64,000 nucleotides of DNA from Bdellovibrionales bacterium (GTDB taxonomy: Bacteria; Bdellovibrionota; UBA1018; CAIMNF01): contig JAGWXK010000001.1 in the NCBI GenBank assembly GCA_018969905.1, forward strand, positions 4,587 through 68,586. Direction: 5' to 3'. Below the pieces are notes generated by a model that saw only the letters and a list, made by a program, of their open reading frames with translations, was not told where the DNA came from and did no database searches. The position numbers and the translations under genes were made by a program. Each line of letters opens with the position of its first letter. Position 1 is the first letter of the stretch. Shown piece by piece: positions 57,812-64,000 of this stretch.

Positions 57812-58842
57812 CAGGCATCTCCCATCAAGATGCCCATTAAACGAAAGAGCTCCTCTTTTGAAGAGTATTTAAGCTGAATTTGGCCGCTTTTTGAGGATCC
57901 TTTGATCTCAACCTTTGCCATGTATCTGCGAGTGAGTTCTTGGGTATATTTGGCAATTTCATGTTCCGGGGCTTGAATTGATTTGGATGGGTGCGTTTGG
58001 GGGGCAGACTTGAGGCCCGCCCCCTTTAGTTCCTGCGCCGACCTCTCAGCCTGACGAACACTCAAGCTCTTTTCAAGAATCTCTTTTGCCAAATTCTCTC
58101 TTTGTGCAACGTCCTCAACCGATAAAAGAGCCTTGGCATGTCCCCTGGAAAGGTGGCCTTTTTTTAACTCAACCAGAATGAAATCGGATAGCTTAAGGAC
58201 TCGAAGCGCGTTCGCAATGGTCGCACGATCCTTCCCCATCCTTTTGGCTAAATCTTCCTGAGAAAGCTGAAACTCTTGCATGAGCTGAAAATAAGCAAGT
58301 GCCTCATCCACACAGTTCAGGTCTTCGCGTTGGATGTTTTCAACAATAGCCAACTCAAGCGCTTCCCGATCTGTGCTTTTACGAATTACCACGGGCACCA
58401 TTTTAAGGCCCGCGATCTTGCTTGCTCTAAGTCGGCGCTCGCCTGCGATGAGCTCATAGCCATCTGCCGCCTTACGCACCACAAGTGGCTGAATCAGGCC
58501 ATTTTCACGAATTGACTGAGCAAGCTCCTCAAGGGCTTGTTCATCAAAATCACGCCGAGGCTGAAATTCATTTGCTTTGATCTCTGAGATCTCGAGCACC
58601 GCAATTCCGGGATGACGATCCCGATTTAGGCCAGGCTTTTCGCTCGGATCAACCACTGGACGCGCCAGGGGTGCTGTATTCAAGATCATGACCGGACCCT
58701 GCGTTCCGGATACCGGTGCGGGGTTTAGCGTTGCTCCCGCTGGAATCGTCTCCTGGGTTTGCTGGTTTTGAGTCTGCGTCGCGGGAGGCAGCAATGATGC
58801 AAGCCCCTTCCCCAGGACTGATTTTGTAGGTGTTGTGCTCAT
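57811..58842 (-). CDS. parB: chromosome partitioning protein ParB
   Basis: ParB box GERRLRAS; HTH; FQPRRDFDEQALEELAQSIRENGLIQPLVVR. Confidence 0.9.
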   Translation of the reverse strand: MSTTPTKSVLGKGLASLLPPATQTQNQQTQETIPAGATLNPAPVSGTQGPVMILNTAPLARPVVDPSEKPGLNRDRHPGIAVLEISEIKANEFQPRRDFDEQALEELAQSIRENGLIQPLVVRKAADGYELIAGERRLRASKIAGLKMVPVVIRKSTDREALELAIVENIQREDLNCVDEALAYFQLMQEFQLSQEDLAKRMGKDRATIANALRVLKLSDFILVELKKGHLSRGHAKALLSVEDVAQRENLAKEILEKSLSVRQAERSAQELKGAGLKSAPQTHPSKSIQAPEHEIAKYTQELTRRYMAKVEIKGSSKSGQIQLKYSSKEELFRLMGILMGDA

Positions 58843-58845
58843 AAA

Positions 58846-59670
58846 TTAAACTCCCAATTCGGGTGCTGGTGCGGCAGATTTTTCGGCTTGAACCTGGCGC
58901 ATCCGGGACTTTTCTAAAACCTCTCGTGCAAGGTCGAGATAAGCAACACAACCCTTCGAGTTAACATCGTACAAAACAATTGGCTTTCCAAACGAGGTAC
59001 ATTCGCTGAGTTTGATATTTCGAGGAATCACAGTCTTGAAGACTTGCTCCTTGAAATGCGTTCGAACCTCGGTTTCAATTTCGTGGCTGAGCTTTAGCTG
59101 GGAATTGAACATGGTTAGCGCAATTCCCTCTATTTCTAAGGCCGGGTTTAGGCTCTGACGAATCAGACCAATCGTTGTCATGAGCTGTCCCAATCCTTCC
59201 AACGCAAAATATTCCGCCTGCAGAGGCACAATTACAGAGTCGGCTGCAGTTAGGGCGTTGACAGTCAAAAGGCCCAGAGTTGGAGGACAGTCAATGAAAA
59301 TGAAATCATAGCGGTGCTTGATTTCTGAAATTGCCGCCTTCATTTTGGCCTCGCGAGCAAATGCGCTCACCAGCTCGATTTCCGCCCCGGCAAGGTGCGG
59401 ATTTGCGGGAGCAAGATCGAGGTGATCAATACCTGTTGGCTTAATCACACTGGAAAGAGGAGCCTCGCCCAAAAGAGCATTGTAAATCGTGAGATTGCCC
59501 TCATCTAGGTTTTGAGCCATCCCCACAGCCGAAGACGCATTTCCCTGGGGGTCAAAATCAATGAGCAACACCCTCTGATCTGCTAGGGATAACGAAGCGG
59601 CAAGGTTCACTGTAGTGGTTGTTTTTCCCACTCCGCCCTTTTGATTGACGATTGCAATTACTTTTCCCAT
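58846..59670 (-). CDS. parA: chromosome partitioning ATPase ParA/Soj
   Basis: Deviant Walker A KGGVGKTT; start set at MGKVIAI (the ORF tool's TTG-initiated extension was dropped). Confidence 0.9.
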   Translation of the reverse strand: MGKVIAIVNQKGGVGKTTTTVNLAASLSLADQRVLLIDFDPQGNASSAVGMAQNLDEGNLTIYNALLGEAPLSSVIKPTGIDHLDLAPANPHLAGAEIELVSAFAREAKMKAAISEIKHRYDFIFIDCPPTLGLLTVNALTAADSVIVPLQAEYFALEGLGQLMTTIGLIRQSLNPALEIEGIALTMFNSQLKLSHEIETEVRTHFKEQVFKTVIPRNIKLSECTSFGKPIVLYDVNSKGCVAYLDLAREVLEKSRMRQVQAEKSAAPAPELGV

Positions 59671-59726
59671 GGTTCCGCCCAAGAGTTTTCTGAGTTCCGC
59701 CCACTTTTACATCATTTTGATGAAAT

Positions 59727-59769
59727 AAAAAAGGGGGTAACACTGCTGTTGTGTTAAAACCCCCCTTCT
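59727..59769 (-). terminator. rho-independent terminator downstream of rsmG
   Basis: On the minus strand, a GGGGGG/CCCCCC stem with a 20-nt loop followed by TTTTTT. Confidence 0.5.
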
Positions 59770-59902
59770 CGCTAGATTGTTCTGTCGCGCTATTTTGCGA
59801 ATAGCTAGTGTGGTTGCGGTGGAGAACAATTCTTTCAAAAATTTTTACTTCAATTACTCACAGATTACTCAGAATATTCTGAATATCAACAAAAAAGATT
59901 AA

Positions 59903-60547
59903 TCAATTTGATTTTCTTTTTAGGGTAACCAGTACCCTTGTTTTTCCATGTGAAGAATAGTCATGGGTGTGGGTAATCGTCAATTTTTTGCCGAATCTGG
60001 TGCTCTTAGCTTCTTCCCACTCCTTCTCCCATCCCCTACTCTTGAATAGTACTAGATTGTTCCACGTGGAACAATTCCAAATCCAGCCTGCAATCTTATC
60101 CACGCTTCCAACTGCTCTGGCGATTATTGTATCCGGATTTATCAGGCTCACAACCTCTTCCGCCCTCTTTGAAAAAACTGTAACCTGACTCAAGGCCAGC
60201 TCTTCCTTCGCCCTCACAAGATAATCCGCCTTATTGCGTTCGGACTCGGTTAAATACCAATAACGGTCGGTTCGTGCCGATACGGCGGCAGCAAGTAGCC
60301 CCGGCACGCCGGAACCCGTACCAATATCCATAATTCTCGTGCCAACGGTGGGTAAAGAAAGAAGTTCGATCACGTCTACCAGGTGCCCATCCACGAATTC
60401 ATCAATTCCAATGATCCGGGTAAGGTTTTGGTTCTCATTTTCTTGATACAGAATCTCACCAAATCGAGCAGCTAGAACTGCGCCAGCCTCATCTAGAGGT
60501 AAATCACTAGCATGAATAGCCTTCAATAGTTCACCCTGACTAAGCAT
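59903..60547 (-). CDS. rsmG: 16S rRNA (guanine527-N7)-methyltransferase RsmG
   Basis: DIGTGSGVPGLLAAAV SAM motif; gidA-gidB linkage; start trimmed to MLSQGELL. Confidence 0.85.
   Translation of the reverse strand: MLSQGELLKAIHASDLPLDEAGAVLAARFGEILYQENENQNLTRIIGIDEFVDGHLVDVIELLSLPTVGTRIMDIGTGSGVPGLLAAAVSARTDRYWYLTESERNKADYLVRAKEELALSQVTVFSKRAEEVVSLINPDTIIARAVGSVDKIAGWIWNCSTWNNLVLFKSRGWEKEWEEAKSTRFGKKLTITHTHDYSSHGKTRVLVTLKRKSN
60048..60063. promoter_or_regulatory. parS-like centromere site TGTTCCACGTGGAACA inside rsmG
   Basis: Perfect 20-bp palindrome ATTGTTCCACGTGGAACAAT at 60046-60065; 14 of 16 matches to the parS consensus TGTTTCACGTGAAACA, with the two mismatches symmetric. Confidence 0.55.
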
Positions 60548-62444
60548 TGTGAATACTCTCACCACTAGATGGCCTTCGAACACCAATATTCTTCAAATGA
60601 ATCATTAAATTCGCTACAGCGGCAGGTGTTACCCCCTGAATCCGCGAGGCTTGGCCCAGATTCTCAGGCCGAACATCTCTCAACCGACCCTTAATCTCAT
60701 TCGAAAGCCCGGCTACATTCTCGTAGTTCATTGTTTTTGGTATTGGCAGCCCTTCTGCTACCCTTACCCCCTCTAGTAACTCTAAATCCTTTTCAATATA
60801 CCCTTGGTACTTAGTCTGAATCTCAATCTGCTCGCACACTGGATCCATCGGGTTAATCTCTAATGGCAAGCCGAGATCCGCGAGAGTTTTGAAGGACACC
60901 TCTGGTCTCCGTAATAGAGCCTCTGCTGAAATGCGATCCTTGATTGGACTTAAGCCTAGATCCGAGAACCGTTTACTCGTTTCGAAATTAGGGTAAAAGA
61001 ACTTTTCCCTTAGCTCTTTTCTGAGACGCTCAATCTCTGCTATCTTCCGTTCAAAGTTTTCCCAGGCGGGCGAATCCAAAAGCCCGATTGAATTGGCCAT
61101 CGGAGAAAGCCGCAGATCAGCATTGTCTTCCCTCAAAAGAAGTCGATACTCAGCCCTAGAGGTGAACATCCGATATGGTTCGTCTGAGCCCTTAAGGATG
61201 AGGTCATCAATCATCACGCCTATATAGCCCTCACTCCTACTGAGCGAAAATACCTCGCGCCCGAGGGCGGCATGCGCCGCGTTAATTCCTGCAATTATTC
61301 CTTGACCCGCCGCTTCCTCGTACCCAGAAGTACCATTGACCTGGCCGGCAAAGAAAAGCCCGCGGATGTCTTTACTCTCAAGAGTTCTCTGTAGCTGCCG
61401 AGCATCCACGGCATCATATTCGACAGCATAGGCATAACGAATAAACTTCGCGTTCTCGAGGCCAACAATCGTTCGAACAAAAGCCTCCTGAATGTCTCGC
61501 GGGAGGGAGGTTGAAATCCCATTCACATAAATCTCATCGACATCAAGCCCCTCTGGCTCCAGAAACAATTGGTGGCGATCTTTGTCCCGGAACCGAACAA
61601 TCTTGTCCTCGATAGAAGGACAATACCTCGGACCGACACCTGTAATTGCACCACTATACATTGCCGAATGTCCGATGTTCTCTTCAATCAACCTGTGAGT
61701 GACCGCATTGGTATAGGTCAGATGACAATTTACCTGAGGCAAAAAAGGATAAGGATCCGGCTTGTGAAAAAAAGAAAATGGAATCAAATCTTCATCCCCC
61801 GGCTGAGGGGTGGTCTTTGACCAATCAATTGAATCCTTATGCAGACGTGGAGGCGTTCCTGTCTTAAGGCGCCTTAAGCGCAAGCCAAGATTCACTAGGT
61901 CCGCACTCAAACTCTTCGAGGATTTATCACCCTGCCTCCCCCCCTCCTCCTGCTCACTCCCCCGATGCATAATCGCCCTCAAGAAAGTGCCAGATGTAAT
62001 CACAATGGATGGAGCAAAAAAATCGACCCCATTCACCCGAACCCCCTCAACCGAAGCTCCCCTCACTAGAAGGCCAGTAACCTCACCCTCCAATATCTCA
62101 AGGCTTGGGACGCCGGAGAGGTGCGTCTGCATAAACGACGCATAACGGTTTTTGTCGCACTGAGCTCGGGAAGACCTAACAGCCGGACCTTTACTTGAGT
62201 TGAGCCTTCGAAATTGAATGGTAGCAAGATCCGTAATTCGACCCATAAGGCCACCTAAGGCATCGATTTCTTTAACTAATTGACCCTTGGCCAAACCCCC
62301 GATCGCTGGATTACAGGACATAGCTCCGATCTTGGAACGATCCAGAGTAATCATGGCGGTCCTAGCGCCCAAACGCGCAGACGCATGCGCGGCCTCACAG
62401 CCCGCATGGCCCCCGCCTATGACAATGACATCATACTGAACCAT
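60540..62444 (-). CDS. mnmG: tRNA uridine-5-carboxymethylaminomethyl modification enzyme MnmG (GidA)
   Basis: YDVIVIGGGHAGCEAA FAD motif; full-length colinear GidA. Confidence 0.95.
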   Translation of the reverse strand: MVQYDVIVIGGGHAGCEAAHASARLGARTAMITLDRSKIGAMSCNPAIGGLAKGQLVKEIDALGGLMGRITDLATIQFRRLNSSKGPAVRSSRAQCDKNRYASFMQTHLSGVPSLEILEGEVTGLLVRGASVEGVRVNGVDFFAPSIVITSGTFLRAIMHRGSEQEEGGRQGDKSSKSLSADLVNLGLRLRRLKTGTPPRLHKDSIDWSKTTPQPGDEDLIPFSFFHKPDPYPFLPQVNCHLTYTNAVTHRLIEENIGHSAMYSGAITGVGPRYCPSIEDKIVRFRDKDRHQLFLEPEGLDVDEIYVNGISTSLPRDIQEAFVRTIVGLENAKFIRYAYAVEYDAVDARQLQRTLESKDIRGLFFAGQVNGTSGYEEAAGQGIIAGINAAHAALGREVFSLSRSEGYIGVMIDDLILKGSDEPYRMFTSRAEYRLLLREDNADLRLSPMANSIGLLDSPAWENFERKIAEIERLRKELREKFFYPNFETSKRFSDLGLSPIKDRISAEALLRRPEVSFKTLADLGLPLEINPMDPVCEQIEIQTKYQGYIEKDLELLEGVRVAEGLPIPKTMNYENVAGLSNEIKGRLRDVRPENLGQASRIQGVTPAAVANLMIHLKNIGVRRPSSGESIHNA

Positions 62445-62458
62445 ATTGGTCGCGAATT

Positions 62459-62884
62459 TTAACGCGACGGGGCGCTTTTGTCGATATAATTGATAATATC
62501 TTCCAATGCGGTTCCAGGGGTGAAAACCATTGCGGTTCCCGCAGCCTTCAAACCTTCAAAATCCTCTTCCGGAATGATTCCACCGACCAACACCAAGGTG
62601 TCGTTCAATCCGGCAGCTCGAATCCCCTTAATCACCTCGGGAACAAGCGCATTATGAGCACCGGAAAGAACACTAATCCCAATCACATGCACGTCTTCCT
62701 GAACCGCCGCCTGAATGATCATCTCCGGGGTCTGGTGAAGGCCGGTGTAGATTACCTCAAAACCCGCATCGCGAAGCGCGCGGGCAATCACCTTGGCCCC
62801 TCGATCATGGCCATCAAGTCCGGGTTTGGCAATCAAAACTCGAATTCGATTTCTCTGTGCTGGTGTCATTGTTGTCTGACTCAT
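62459..62884 (-). CDS. methylmalonyl-CoA mutase family B12-binding small subunit
   Basis: B12-binding DxHxxG (LDGHDRGAKV) within a Rossmann-like fold; immediately downstream of the catalytic subunit. Confidence 0.85.
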   Translation of the reverse strand: MSQTTMTPAQRNRIRVLIAKPGLDGHDRGAKVIARALRDAGFEVIYTGLHQTPEMIIQAAVQEDVHVIGISVLSGAHNALVPEVIKGIRAAGLNDTLVLVGGIIPEEDFEGLKAAGTAMVFTPGTALEDIINYIDKSAPSR

Positions 62885-62902
62885 AAAACTCCTTAAAAAC
62901 AG

Positions 62903-64000
62903 CTAAAATTTACCTTCTTCACGATATTCACCGTAAACCGACCGAAGAGTGTCGCAAACCTCCTGAAGAGTCGAATAGTGCTTCACTGCCTCGATGATGG
63001 AGGGCATAAGATTCTCATTCTGCTCAGCTGCTCGTTTCACGACCGCCAAGCATTGTTTCACCTTCGCCGAATCGCGCTTTGCCTTTAGTGCATGAAGCCG
63101 TTCAGCCTGCCGCTTCTCGACAGATCGATCGATATAAAGAGTATCAAAAGCGCGCTTTTTTTCCTCGGCTTGATAGCGATTCACACCGACCATCACTTTT
63201 TCTTTTTTCTCGAGTTGCCGCTGAAAATGATAAGCACTATTCCCGATCTCTGCCTGAGGATACCCATTCTCTACGGCTTTGATCATGCCCCCCATCTCAT
63301 CAATTTTTTTAATGTAGGCGAGCGCCTCATCTTCAACCTTTTTGGTTAAATACTCCACTAGGTACGAACCTCCCAATGGATCCGCATAGTTAGCAACACC
63401 ACTCTCCTCCGCAATCACCTGCTGGGTCCTGAGGGCCACCATCACCGCCTCGTCTGTGGGAAGCGCCAGAGTCTCATCCATGGAATTGGTGTGAAGTGAA
63501 TTTACCCCCCCCAAGACGCCGGCCATTGCCTGAATCGCCACACGAACGACATTATTCATGGGTTGCTGGGCAGTGAGCGAAACCCCGGCCGTCTGCGCAT
63601 GGGTTCTTAACATCCATGATTTCGGAGACTTAGCCCCATATCGATCCTTCATCATTCGCGCCCAAATTCTACGCGCAGCTCGAAACTTGGCAATTTCCTC
63701 GAAGAAATCATTATGAACATCAAAGAAAAAAGACAGCCGCGGAGCGAACTCATCCACATCCATCCCGCGCTTTATGGATTCCTCAACATAGGCCATACCG
63801 TCCGCGAGAGTGAAGGCAAGCTCCTGAACCGCTGTCGCACCCGCTTCACGAATGTGGTAGCCGGAAATCGAAACAGTATTCCAATTCGGATAATGCTTGG
63901 TTCCATACTCAATCGTGTCGATCACACACTTTACAGCGGGAGCAATGGGAAAAAGCCACTCCTTTTGGGCGATATACTCCTTGAGTATGTCATTTTGAAG
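62903..64000 (-). CDS. methylmalonyl-CoA mutase family catalytic (large) subunit; N-terminus lies beyond the window
   Basis: TIM-barrel MCM motifs ([25 protein letters not shown] ... [16 protein letters not shown]); the frame is still open at the window edge. Confidence 0.85.
   Translation of the reverse strand, partial: LQNDILKEYIAQKEWLFPIAPAVKCVIDTIEYGTKHYPNWNTVSISGYHIREAGATAVQELAFTLADGMAYVEESIKRGMDVDEFAPRLSFFFDVHNDFFEEIAKFRAARRIWARMMKDRYGAKSPKSWMLRTHAQTAGVSLTAQQPMNNVVRVAIQAMAGVLGGVNSLHTNSMDETLALPTDEAVMVALRTQQVIAEESGVANYADPLGGSYLVEYLTKKVEDEALAYIKKIDEMGGMIKAVENGYPQAEIGNSAYHFQRQLEKKEKVMVGVNRYQAEEKKRAFDTLYIDRSVEKRQAERLHALKAKRDSAKVKQCLAVVKRAAEQNENLMPSIIEAVKHYSTLQEVCDTLRSVYGEYREEGKF

Noticed and set aside
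59683-60120. Chromosomal replication origin (oriC) next to parAB-gidAB
   Set aside because: There is only one TTATCCAC-like DnaA-box (about 60091, inside rsmG). No cluster of DnaA boxes and no dnaA/dnaN are present. The region is better explained as the rsmG terminator plus the parAB promoter plus parS.

Overview
This 64-kb window appears to be core bacterial chromosome, not an island. It is densely coded, about 50% GC, and almost every ORF has a recognisable housekeeping role. The gene content and order look deltaproteobacterial (Bdellovibrionota or Myxococcota style), but that is an inference from content, not a database hit. The supporting features are a sigma54-type site ahead of the flagellar rod genes, fliW/csrA, ATP synthase with b and b' subunits, a single-chain GcvP, a MoxR/Bat operon and a bactofilin gene fused to the parAB operon. 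In order, the window holds: a hypothetical gene; a dual-domain rRNA m2G methyltransferase (RsmC/RlmG-like); a membrane-anchored cyclophilin; tatC; rpsF-rpsR-(DUF2232 membrane protein)-rplI-dnaB; a MoxR/DUF58/BatA/BatB/BatD aerotolerance-type operon; etfB-etfA with a membrane Fe-S (HdrD/GlcF-like) oxidoreductase; a small cluster of uncharacterised envelope proteins (a secreted 186-aa protein, a membrane HEXXH protein, a small RHH-like protein, and a 701-aa secreted repeat protein with a Q/N/G/F-rich tail); cspA; an aldehyde dehydrogenase with an M20 peptidase; a BatE-like TPR/SH3 protein; bamD; a TPR protein; a minus-strand flagellar block (fliW, csrA, flgL, flgK, flgN, flgM, flgJ N-domain, flgI, flgH, flgA, flgG, flgF); purB-folD-gcvT-gcvH, then a TadA-like deaminase with an N-terminal extension, convergent with gcvP; TonB; PBP1A; tlyA-xseB preceded by a 655-aa membrane-anchored hypothetical; the F1Fo ATP synthase operon (atpF'-atpF-atpH-atpA-atpG-atpD-atpC); bactofilin-parB-parA; rsmG-mnmG; and a split methylmalonyl-CoA mutase whose large subunit runs off the window end. 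I found no tRNA or rRNA genes, no CRISPR array and no obvious mobile element. The strongest candidates for something new are the uncharacterised envelope locus at 18.4-22.5 kb and the 655-aa protein translationally coupled to xseB. Smaller findings are a consensus-like parS palindrome inside rsmG with parS-like half-sites in the parAB promoter, a TadA-like deaminase sitting between gcvH and gcvP, and an EtfAB-linked membrane Fe-S oxidoreductase.
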